From positions 1 to 60,638 of the IMG/VR virus record IMGVR_UViG_3300046508_000016: DNA of 60,638 nt; one strand, 5' to 3'. This document shows positions 35,666 through 43,518 of this stretch, piece by piece (position 1 is the stretch's first letter; every line of letters begins with the position of its first letter). Source of the DNA: a virus. Its lineage: Duplodnaviria > Caudoviricetes. The translations under genes and the position numbers were made by a program. The notes under the pieces are model-generated. The model worked only from the letters and a program-made list of their open reading frames with translations. It searched no databases and had not been told where the DNA came from.

Positions 35666-36423
35666 TGCCGTGCCATCTTTCGCTTAAGCATTGAGAACAG
35701 GTCGTCGTACCGCCTCGATCCGATCTCTTTATAACTGGCTGCCCCAGCGTACTTCAAAAACGCCTTCTCGTCCGAATGAGAGTCAACGACCATCTGGCAG
35801 AGAGTGTCTACCTGTTCCTGAGTGATCGGTGACCCTTCGTCTCTGGCGTCCGTGTCATGCTCCACTGTGATGTTGAGGGCGTTACAGAGCGCGTACCGCT
35901 TGGCATAGGTCATCGCCGACCCGTCCGCTTGACTCTCCGTCGCACCTGGGGGACCGCCGCCGACGCGAACGTAAGCCTTGAACTCACGACTGTATCCAGA
36001 GACGTGTTGCAGCGTACAGGTCTGAAGAATCCGGCCTTCATTGAAATCGGTCGAGAAGGACACCGAAAACCCAAACTGCCGAAGGAGCGGCTTCACCGAG
36101 GCCATGATCTCCTCGTATGGCAGGTAACAGTATTTGGTGTTCCCCTGTTTGTCTGGTACGGCTTTCGTCGCCTTGAACGATCCCAACTCAGCTTGCAGAC
36201 CGGCGAAGTTGCTTGCGAAGTCCATTTCCGCTTGGCGATCTTCCATGTGTTCTTTCAGGGCGACAAGTTCTTTGACCACGGAAACCGATTCGCTGGTCAA
36301 CTGTCCCGCCTCGACCATCTTGGCGATCAGGGCCAGTGGCGTCGGTTCGGACGTGTGTACCACAAGGCCCGTGGACGGCGGCCCGTCGCTCAATAGATCG
36401 TGCTGTATTAGGTCACTTGCCAT
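35662..36423 (-). CDS. ERF superfamily ssDNA-annealing protein
   Basis: KY.Y...EI...VKPLL, L.H.SG, Q..GSAMTYAKRYAL. Confidence 0.9.
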   Translation of the reverse strand: MASDLIQHDLLSDGPPSTGLVVHTSEPTPLALIAKMVEAGQLTSESVSVVKELVALKEHMEDRQAEMDFASNFAGLQAELGSFKATKAVPDKQGNTKYCYLPYEEIMASVKPLLRQFGFSVSFSTDFNEGRILQTCTLQHVSGYSREFKAYVRVGGGPPGATESQADGSAMTYAKRYALCNALNITVEHDTDARDEGSPITQEQVDTLCQMVVDSHSDEKAFLKYAGAASYKEIGSRRYDDLFSMLKRKMARQ

Positions 36424-37903
36424 TGGGAACACCTGCTTCCTTGTCAAACAGTTCCGCCCGAATGTCTCCATCCGTCGTTTGGATCGCCAGAATGCAAACG
36501 CCCAGTTCCTTCGCATAGCCCGATACTTCTAGCCGTAGCTTCGGCGACATTTCCGAGAAGGCCGCGCCTGGCAGAGTAATCACTGCCGTCTTTTCCGCTC
36601 CGCGTTGGCGGATACGCATTACCGCCTCGTCGAGCGCGATCTTGTATCGCATCCCATCGGAGCGGTCGGCGTAGAATACTTCGCCGCGCTCAGGTTGATT
36701 CGTAAGGAGACGACCGCGTTTTACAAAGAGGTGCTTGCTGGCCACGGCTTGGCTCAGAATATCATCCGTACCCTTGGCACCGTTTCGGAGCACGTCTGCT
36801 AGGGCGCGGCATACGCCCGCCGCTTCCCGATGCTTTCGCGCCTCGCCCAGCTTCGCCTTCGCTTGCCGTACCAGTGCGGCTTGTTCTATGTTAGCGCGGG
36901 CGAGCGACACGGATTCCTCACACTTCGCAATCTTTTCCAGCCCCGGCTGTTCGACGTTTTCTGCCGCCTCGACGGTCTTTCGCCACTCCTCGATAGAGGC
37001 AAGATGCTGTTCTGCCGCGGTCAATTCGTTGTTGCGGCTGACAACCGCCTCTTGCGCCGCCCGCAATGCCTCCTCGTTGTCGCGTAACGACTTCCGCTGC
37101 TCCTCGACAACCGCGGTCAGTCGATCCCGAAAGGCGATAGAGTCATCAACGAGCGATGATAGCCGGTTCACCTGGGGGGATGGCGTGGAGTTAATCAACC
37201 GCTTGGCGTCGGCCGCTTTGCTCAATACGTCCTCTGCCGATGCGGCGGTCGCGTTGATTGCAGCCCTGTCGCTAATGGCCGATTCGAGAACCTTCTGTAA
37301 ATTCTCTGAATCCGTCTCAATCGTCAAGTCAATACCCTCACCAGCAGATTGGCACCCCAGTGCGAAGCCCTCTTCTTTTTCTGCGGCATCGTCGGCTCGT
37401 CTACTGGCGGCCTCCAAGTTTCGTTTGATCTTCGCGGCCATTTCCACAAGGTCGTCGCACTTGAGAACATCAGCCGTACAAGCCGCGTCAAACGACGCAT
37501 CATCAGGGCATAGGGCGCGAAACAGTTCTGCGTTGGCCTCAGCGCCAGTCAATCGCAAAAGCGATTTGATTCGGTGACGGTCTGCCGTCGCTGGGTCTTT
37601 GATCGGAGGCGACACAAGATCGCTAATGTTCAAGTCACCGTCTAGCGCCACCGCCACCAGTTCGCCAGTACGGCGAGCCGTTTGCCGAACGGAGATACGG
37701 GCACCGAGACCCTCGACCACGCCGGACGCCGCGTCGTCTCGACAGGTTACTTCCCCATCGCCTCCCAGCAGTCGCGATACGGCTTCCAGGGCGAGAGACT
37801 TTCCTGTTTCGCTCTCGCCGCGCAAGACCGTGATGCCTGGAGTGATCGGAATGGTCAGCGTCTCGATTGGTCCGATGTCTTGGATTCGTATGGTATCAGT
37901 CAT
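36413..37903 (-). CDS. SMC/RecN-like AAA ATPase with coiled coil
   Basis: I.DIGPI, Walker A GESETGKS, long coiled coil, degenerate signature RSDG. Confidence 0.85.
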   Translation of the reverse strand: MTDTIRIQDIGPIETLTIPITPGITVLRGESETGKSLALEAVSRLLGGDGEVTCRDDAASGVVEGLGARISVRQTARRTGELVAVALDGDLNISDLVSPPIKDPATADRHRIKSLLRLTGAEANAELFRALCPDDASFDAACTADVLKCDDLVEMAAKIKRNLEAASRRADDAAEKEEGFALGCQSAGEGIDLTIETDSENLQKVLESAISDRAAINATAASAEDVLSKAADAKRLINSTPSPQVNRLSSLVDDSIAFRDRLTAVVEEQRKSLRDNEEALRAAQEAVVSRNNELTAAEQHLASIEEWRKTVEAAENVEQPGLEKIAKCEESVSLARANIEQAALVRQAKAKLGEARKHREAAGVCRALADVLRNGAKGTDDILSQAVASKHLFVKRGRLLTNQPERGEVFYADRSDGMRYKIALDEAVMRIRQRGAEKTAVITLPGAAFSEMSPKLRLEVSGYAKELGVCILAIQTTDGDIRAELFDKEAGVPNGK

Positions 37904-38160
37904 GTAGCACCACCTTCCTTCGCCTCGATTTCCAGCAGGGCAATCACCGCAATCAGAGCCTTCGCGTGGGCCTTGTGTGCGGCTTCCAGGTTTTCAAGAT
38001 TCGTGGCCTCAACCGTCATGGCGTTGCCACCGTTGCCGCCAGTGGCCTCAGCCAAACGAATCCGCAGCAGTTGGCATTTGCGTTCCTTCCCGTATTCCGC
38101 CTTGGCGTCCGCCAGTTCCTTCTGCGCCGCCTCAAGCGTCCACACTTTTCCCGTCAGCAT
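37900..38160 (-). CDS. Small coiled-coil hypothetical protein
   Basis: Coupled overlap, purine SD. Confidence 0.6.
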   Translation of the reverse strand: MLTGKVWTLEAAQKELADAKAEYGKERKCQLLRIRLAEATGGNGGNAMTVEATNLENLEAAHKAHAKALIAVIALLEIEAKEGGAT

Positions 38161-38416
38161 GATTTTCCCCTTTCATTCTTTGTTTCAGTTTCTCAACAGC
38201 CGCCTCGATCTTCGGCAGCATCTCCGCAATCAGTTCCGTCTCGCAAGTCTCAACAGTGGTTCCCACGAGGAACTTGTTGAAGCTGATTTCCACGTTGCCC
38301 CACCATTTTTGATACCCGTCGTCGCGGCTATGCAACCGAAGCCGCAGTCCATCGCAAACGTCCAGCGTGAATATCTCCCGCTGAATCACGGGCTTTTCGC
38401 TTTTCCACTCACTCAT
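38132..38416 (-). CDS. Hypothetical protein
   Basis: AAAGGGA SD. Confidence 0.6.
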   Translation of the reverse strand: MSEWKSEKPVIQREIFTLDVCDGLRLRLHSRDDGYQKWWGNVEISFNKFLVGTTVETCETELIAEMLPKIEAAVEKLKQRMKGENHADGKSVDA

Positions 38417-38444
38417 CGCTATCCCTTTCGTCTCGCAGTGTTCG

Positions 38445-38858
38445 CTAATCGCGCGACTTGAAAGCCACGTTCACGGAAAACCGATATTCGGATTGAAGTG
38501 ATCCAGCCAACCCTCCAATGAACGCTTTAACGAGTGGCCCCTTCTTCGTTTTCAATTGGCGCAGAAACTCGTCCTGCAACGTCTCCGTGTTGGCTTCTAC
38601 CCATTTCTGGACGGCGACCTTTGCCGCCCGCTGGATGGCGTCGTTGCAAAGCCACTCCAGAAACGGAACGTCCGAGGAATATCCCTGATTGGATGGCATT
38701 CCTTTGCTGTCAACTTTCTGACTCAATACCCGAGCAACAGCGTTTGCCACAAGATTCTCGTAGCCTCGCAATGCTCCCGCGATAGCTTCGGTGATCTTCG
38801 CGTCGATGATTGGCCTTATGAGCCCATCGGACACCTTTACGTCTACTGAATCAGCCAT
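38445..38858 (-). CDS. Hypothetical protein
   Basis: Start MADSVD after AAGGGA. Confidence 0.7.
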   Translation of the reverse strand: MADSVDVKVSDGLIRPIIDAKITEAIAGALRGYENLVANAVARVLSQKVDSKGMPSNQGYSSDVPFLEWLCNDAIQRAAKVAVQKWVEANTETLQDEFLRQLKTKKGPLVKAFIGGLAGSLQSEYRFSVNVAFKSRD

Positions 38859-39186
38859 CGTATTCCCTTTCCTGTGGTTCGCAGTGTTCCTCGAAAATGT
38901 GATCGCGCAGAGACTCTTCGACTTCTGAAAACGCATCCAACTGCAACAGCATTGGCCACAGCAGTTTATGATCATGCTTGCCGCACGTTACGACCATCGA
39001 CGTGATTACGATGTCACAAAACTCACATTCCGGTGGCGAACCTGGATAGCCGTTCCCGTTTGGGGTTCGGCAAATCATTGGCTCGCCAGGCGTAACGCGG
39101 TAATTCACTGTGCCCTCGATCGATAGCTCCTGACTATTGCCGATAAACAACACCCAGTCATGTTCGCCACTGATGATGCCCTTCAT
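38851..39186 (-). CDS. Hypothetical protein
   Basis: GYPGSPPECE motif common in phage early genes. Confidence 0.65.
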   Translation of the reverse strand: MKGIISGEHDWVLFIGNSQELSIEGTVNYRVTPGEPMICRTPNGNGYPGSPPECEFCDIVITSMVVTCGKHDHKLLWPMLLQLDAFSEVEESLRDHIFEEHCEPQEREYDG

Positions 39187-39233
39187 TCCTTCACTCCCAA
39201 AATCTTCGCCACCGCCTCAACAACGATAAGTGC

Positions 39234-39482
39234 CTACGGGCGTTCGCGTGGCCTGGAGGCGTTCCAGGAGTTGCGCGACAAGACCAACAGTAGGTAACCG
39301 ACCCACTTCCACTCGTCGCGTTTCTTTTGCGACTCCCGACACGCGACACCCATCGCAGCGTCAACGCCTTCGATCATTCGTCGAATTGTCTCCGGGCTCT
39401 GCGACTCATCGACAGCCCGCCGCAACTCTTCCACGGCGTTTCGTAGTTCGGCTAGGCGGTCGGCTGGGGGTGTAGACATCAC
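39234..39482 (-). CDS. Small hypothetical protein
   Basis: AAGGAG SD, coupled overlap. Confidence 0.5.
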   Translation of the reverse strand: MMSTPPADRLAELRNAVEELRRAVDESQSPETIRRMIEGVDAAMGVACRESQKKRDEWKWVGYLLLVLSRNSWNASRPRERP

Positions 39483-39675
39483 TTTTGCTCCTTTGGTTTA
39501 TCTGGTGTCGTCTTGTGGCAATAGCATCGGCACGGCGTCTTATTGCCCGCTACGACGCTACACCCCTTCCGCGTTGCTCCAGGTGCGGCGCAACAGCAAC
39601 TAGTCTGCTTAACCTCCCCGCCTACGATCCGCTTCACCTCAGTCCAGTAGTCATGCACCTTTCGCCGCGTGACCA

Positions 39676-39927
39676 TCAGTTCCTCTCCCCATTCCGAAAC
39701 TCCTGATGAATCATCGCCAACGCCTCGGTCAGTTTCTCCGATGCCGTTTCTGCCAATGACTTGATTACGTGCTCGTTGCCATACGCGACGGCTTGCACGA
39801 TCAAATCCTGGTAACGGATCGACTCCGCGACCAACGCCGTGATGCACGCCCTTGGCGTCTGCGAGCCGCGACCGAACAGGCCATCGAGAATGTCATCATC
39901 GACGCCGCAAGAGGTTTGTCGGCTCAT
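39676..39927 (-). CDS. Small hypothetical protein
   Basis: Coupled overlap, GGAG SD. Confidence 0.55.
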   Translation of the reverse strand: MSRQTSCGVDDDILDGLFGRGSQTPRACITALVAESIRYQDLIVQAVAYGNEHVIKSLAETASEKLTEALAMIHQEFRNGERN

Positions 39928-40241
39928 GGTTGGGCTCCGGTGGCAACTTGCGCCTTGATTGAGTGCTCATAGGCATCGTAGTCAAAGCCCTTGGCACATT
40001 CGACGAAAAGCGGGTTGTCTCGTTCTGTCCAAACAACCAATCCGTGATTCATGCCCTTACACATATCGCCACCGATTTCTAAGCCTGCCGCTGTGCGAAT
40101 GGCTTTGATGAGATCACTTCGTTCCCAGTCAGCGCCGAGCATACATAACGGCGCGCTTCTAAGCGTATGGATGTTCTCGCCATCGGGATCAAGCATCGCA
40201 ATTGCCTGATCTGGTGTTAGTAGACATTTGTCGTCGCTCAT
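39924..40241 (-). CDS. Hypothetical protein
   Basis: AIAML...IHT...GADW motif; coupled to csrA stop. Confidence 0.7.
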   Translation of the reverse strand: MSDDKCLLTPDQAIAMLDPDGENIHTLRSAPLCMLGADWERSDLIKAIRTAAGLEIGGDMCKGMNHGLVVWTERDNPLFVECAKGFDYDAYEHSIKAQVATGAQP

Positions 40242-40513
40242 GGCATCACCTTCTTTCCGACCAACTGGTTGTCCTGCCAGTCAAATAGCTCTTCCAACTC
40301 TGCAAGACTCAAGCCAGCGTCAATGGCGTTGCGGACTTCTGCAATCCGCTCTTTGCCGTGGATCGCTTCAAAGACTTCCGCGCGGTGAACGGAGACATCT
40401 CTCGGACATTCGATTCCGAGTCGCACCTTGTTACCGCGAATCTCAACCACGGTCAGCACAATACCGTGGCCAATGACGATCTGCTGATTCTTTTCTCTAC
40501 TAAGTACCAACAT
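40238..40513 (-). CDS. csrA: Carbon storage regulator CsrA/RsmA RNA-binding protein with C-terminal extension
   Basis: MLVLSREKNQQIVIG..I.LTVVEIRGNKVRLGI.CP.DV.VHRAEV; AGGAGG SD. Confidence 0.95.
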   Translation of the reverse strand: MLVLSREKNQQIVIGHGIVLTVVEIRGNKVRLGIECPRDVSVHRAEVFEAIHGKERIAEVRNAIDAGLSLAELEELFDWQDNQLVGKKVMP

Positions 40514-40630
40514 CGTAAAACCTCCTGTTTCTTCCGGGGTCCACTTCCTACGTCAGCCGGGGCTGTCCTGTCTATGAGCCTCCAAGGCTCTCCGTCCGCC
40601 GCCTCCGAGGCGTGCGAGTCCTATCCTGCC
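40514..40630 (-). promoter_or_regulatory. GGA-dense CsrA-binding leader or CsrB-like RNA
   Basis: 11 GGA trinucleotides on the minus strand between 40523 and 40626, some in hairpin loops. Confidence 0.75.
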
Positions 40631-40685
40631 ACGTTTTCGAGCGCGGCGGCTGGTTCTTCGTCGGGTTCGTTTGCTGTGGTTGCGG

Positions 40686-41033
40686 TTACGTCTGAGCGGT
40701 CGCCTTCTTCGCTCGCTGCCCCTCTTCAATCTTGTCGGCTGCCTCGTCAAGTGCCGGATCGTAGGCGACAAGCTCGTTATCAGCGAACAACCATAATCCA
40801 TGATCGGTCACCACGCAGCCATCGACGTTCTGCCGAACGTGTCGCATCCACAGATCGCCAGCGTCTTTCAGGATGCGAATGAAATACGAGGTGGCCACAC
40901 CGTTATCATTCGCGTGAATCCGTATACCCTGAACGCACCCGAGGAGTGGGCGTCCGTTTTGCGGCATTTGCACTTGAGCCAAAAGAGCCACGATGTCGCC
41001 AATGTCGAACTTGGTTTTGGCTTCGATTTTCAT
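40686..41033 (-). CDS. Hypothetical protein (SH3-like N-terminus)
   Basis: MKIEAKTKFDIGDIV; AAGGAG SD. Confidence 0.7.
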   Translation of the reverse strand: MKIEAKTKFDIGDIVALLAQVQMPQNGRPLLGCVQGIRIHANDNGVATSYFIRILKDAGDLWMRHVRQNVDGCVVTDHGLWLFADNELVAYDPALDEAADKIEEGQRAKKATAQT

Positions 41034-41077
41034 GCGTTACTCCTTAATAAGATGCGATTGCTTTTTGTAAACGTCAG

Positions 41078-41180
41078 CGGAGCGTGCCGGAATTGCACCG
41101 ACTGTCCTATTCTGTCCATCACCGAAAGGCGAATTGCCTCTCCGTGTTATGTGCGTTTCACTGTCAACGCCGACGCTCCG
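41078..41180 (-). ncRNA. tRNA-like structured RNA (non-canonical)
   Basis: 8-bp closing stem CGGAGCGU/ACGCUCCG, D-like arm GCGUU-GACAGUGA-AACGC, T-like arm GUCGG-UGCAAUU-CCGGC, long middle arm, no encoded CCA. Confidence 0.65.
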
Positions 41181-41383
41181 TTGGACCGGGCTCGTTGCAG
41201 AGTCCCCTCCCAGCCCTGATTCCTCGGGGATCATCTGATGCAACGAAGGAGCTAGCCAAAGTAAAAGCTCGGAGCGATGCCTGTAGCCGGCACTTGCGCA
41301 CCGCCCCGACGTGAAAACCTCCGACGCCAACCCCACGCAAGCCATTGCTGTTGGTGCGGAGGGGGAAAGGTGAAAATGAAACA

Positions 41384-41998
41384 TCATAATGGCAACTCCA
41401 TTTGCGTCGTCGGCGTAAACGAAAATATCCCCTGCAACTCCACGGGATACGCAGCGCGTAACCGACCATTAGCTATCGCAAGAAGTTCCGATGCCGACAA
41501 TGAATCCAAATCAACAAACCTTTTGCGCGGCCAATAGAGCATGTGCGACTGATGGGACATTCCCTGGATTGGTTCGCCCAAGGCTGCCAGCGTTTCTACT
41601 AGCAAGCTACCCGACCATTCTCGCGGCACCGTATCGCGGTATAGTTCGATGAGAGCAATCCCGGCGTTTTTTCGACCGGCCGCCGCCACACGCTTGTAAT
41701 GTTCCCAGTTCGGCTTGTCAATTCCATGCCGTTCCTGCCCAGTCTTTCTCCAAATGACGCTCTGGCTCTTTACCTTCGAGTCAACGTAGGCAATTCCGAC
41801 CAAATCGAAATCAGGCAAAATCATCCTCTCCTCACCTTCCATCATGGGCGCGCCGCCGTTTTCGATTTTGCAGAGCGGTATGTACTGAATCTTGGATGCG
41901 ATAAATACCTTTGACCAGAACGCCTCTCCGAAGCGTCCGAGCCATGGCTCCGGTGCCTCCCGAAACTTCTCTTGTGCTGCGCGTTCTTCTTCACTCAT
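41384..41998 (-). CDS. PD-(D/E)xK nuclease-like protein
   Basis: G..GE helix, LPDF, VDSKVK; translationally coupled to the methyltransferase. Confidence 0.6.
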   Translation of the reverse strand: MSEEERAAQEKFREAPEPWLGRFGEAFWSKVFIASKIQYIPLCKIENGGAPMMEGEERMILPDFDLVGIAYVDSKVKSQSVIWRKTGQERHGIDKPNWEHYKRVAAAGRKNAGIALIELYRDTVPREWSGSLLVETLAALGEPIQGMSHQSHMLYWPRKRFVDLDSLSASELLAIANGRLRAAYPVELQGIFSFTPTTQMELPL

Positions 41999-43014
41999 GA
42001 AATCAACATTCTGTCCACGTTGTTTCCGTACACGGTCCAGCCAGCAGCTTCCTTGCGCCCGTACAGTTCCAAAAAAGGACCGTCGCTCATGTCCTCGATG
42101 ATCTTGCGGAAGATGTCCGGCTTCTCACTGTGCTTTGTTCTGTTTGCCTCAACGCAACTAACCCAACTCATTTGGGATTCGCTCCAGGTCGTCATTCCCC
42201 CTCTTGTTGCGATCATCAAATGTTCGTGAGACAAACGAACGTAGTTTCCGATTCCCATTTGCGGCTTCACCCAGACCATATTGCTCTTGTAAGTGAATCC
42301 CCATGCGTCGATAACTTCAAATGACTCCCGCAAAAAACCGGAAGTTGTCCAGAGATATAGCAGACAACAATCATCAGACAGCTCTGCAATTGGTTCCGCA
42401 CAAATCTCGGGAACCGTCATTGTCGGATAGTGGTCGTCTGTTGCTGCTCGCGTTCCCTGATTTCCGTATTGCCAAGGCGGGTCGGCGTAGATGCAGCGAT
42501 ACTTCTTTTCATCCTCGATTAGAACTTTTAGATCGCCGACAACTCCCGACGGGCTCTCGTCGATTTTCACTTGTTTTGCCGCCTTCCGCTTCACCAATTT
42601 TCTCAAACCGCTCGCCGTCAAGTCTCGGTCGCCGCTCTCAACAATTCCGGTAAGCCACGTCTGGTATTCTTCTTCTGGCACGCTGGCCTCTTGTTGGTAG
42701 CGGGAGGATTGGGAACGGGTTAGGCCGATGGACTCAAGGGTATATGTCGCAGCCTGCGACGTTTGTTCTGGTCTGCCACGTTCAGCCAGTTCCCCGCGTT
42801 CCTTCATTAATTGCAACGTGTCCCCAGCCTTGCGTCTCGCGTCAAGCATTATTGTCGAGGCGGCATTACACGCTTCACGCCCCATCCCGGCGGCGTCCGC
42901 AAAGTCCCTGGCTCGCTGGGCGAGGTTTTCAACGTGGAGAATATCTTCGATTGTTGTCGCTTCCGCCAACATCGTCCGTGCTCGGGAGATTGGCGCGAGG
43001 GCACTAGACTTCAT
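41995..43014 (-). CDS. MT-A70 family N6-adenine methyltransferase
   Basis: IYADPPW, HYPTM, LYLW, WGF.YK...WVK, E.L, HSEKP, LELYGR. Confidence 0.95.
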   Translation of the reverse strand: MKSSALAPISRARTMLAEATTIEDILHVENLAQRARDFADAAGMGREACNAASTIMLDARRKAGDTLQLMKERGELAERGRPEQTSQAATYTLESIGLTRSQSSRYQQEASVPEEEYQTWLTGIVESGDRDLTASGLRKLVKRKAAKQVKIDESPSGVVGDLKVLIEDEKKYRCIYADPPWQYGNQGTRAATDDHYPTMTVPEICAEPIAELSDDCCLLYLWTTSGFLRESFEVIDAWGFTYKSNMVWVKPQMGIGNYVRLSHEHLMIATRGGMTTWSESQMSWVSCVEANRTKHSEKPDIFRKIIEDMSDGPFLELYGRKEAAGWTVYGNNVDRMLIS

Positions 43015-43260
43015 GCTGCCCTCCCGTAGAAATAGCCCACGGCGAGGCCGTGCGACCTAAGAGCGCACGACTGGCCCACTGAGATAAGCCGTTGTCGCGC
43101 CGTGGGGATTATCAGCCGACCCGAGGCATCCAACGCGGCACCGCCTGACAAATCACCGCCGATTCCTCCGCTAGCTGTCAACTCCCAGTTGTGGGCCAGT
43201 ACGTAGCCTACCAAACCGGGCTGACAAAAATCAATGTTTTGCGGAGCAATCATTGCGAGT
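43015..43260 (-). promoter_or_regulatory. Structured leader (attenuator / antisense-target-like) ahead of the early operon; may also encode an 80-aa leader ORF
   Basis: 9-bp stem 43036-43044/43098-43106 enclosing a hairpin; 10-nt segment 43070-43079 complementary to 43191-43200. Confidence 0.6.
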
Positions 43261-43311
43261 TTCTTCCGTGTCCACCGCCGAACGTCGTATGTTCGACTGA
43301 ATAATCGCTAC

Positions 43312-43340
43312 AACTTACTGGCAATCAGGGGATGCGTCAA
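43312..43340 (-). promoter_or_regulatory. Sigma70-type promoter for the early/replication operon
   Basis: TTGACG-N17-TAAGTT in the intergenic gap. Confidence 0.65.
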
Positions 43341-43518
43341 TCTCAGATGCCGTCTCTCAGTGCCTCAGTACCGCTGACAAATCTACGCCGAAGCAAAAGA
43401 AATGTACAGCCCAAAAAGGAGCGAAATCCAAGATTGAACCAAATCGTTATAGTCTATGACGTTTTCGGTCAGACGGTAGGCTGTTCGACGGCCGGCACTT
43501 CGATCTTCGGCCCGAACT

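Noticed and set aside
41078-41180. Canonical tRNA or tmRNA
   Set aside because: No 7-nt anticodon loop, T-loop is UGCAAUU, no CCA, far too short for tmRNA; kept only as tRNA-like
41037-41387. 116-aa minus-strand ORF
   Set aside because: Atypical composition and fully occupied by RNA stems; more likely non-coding
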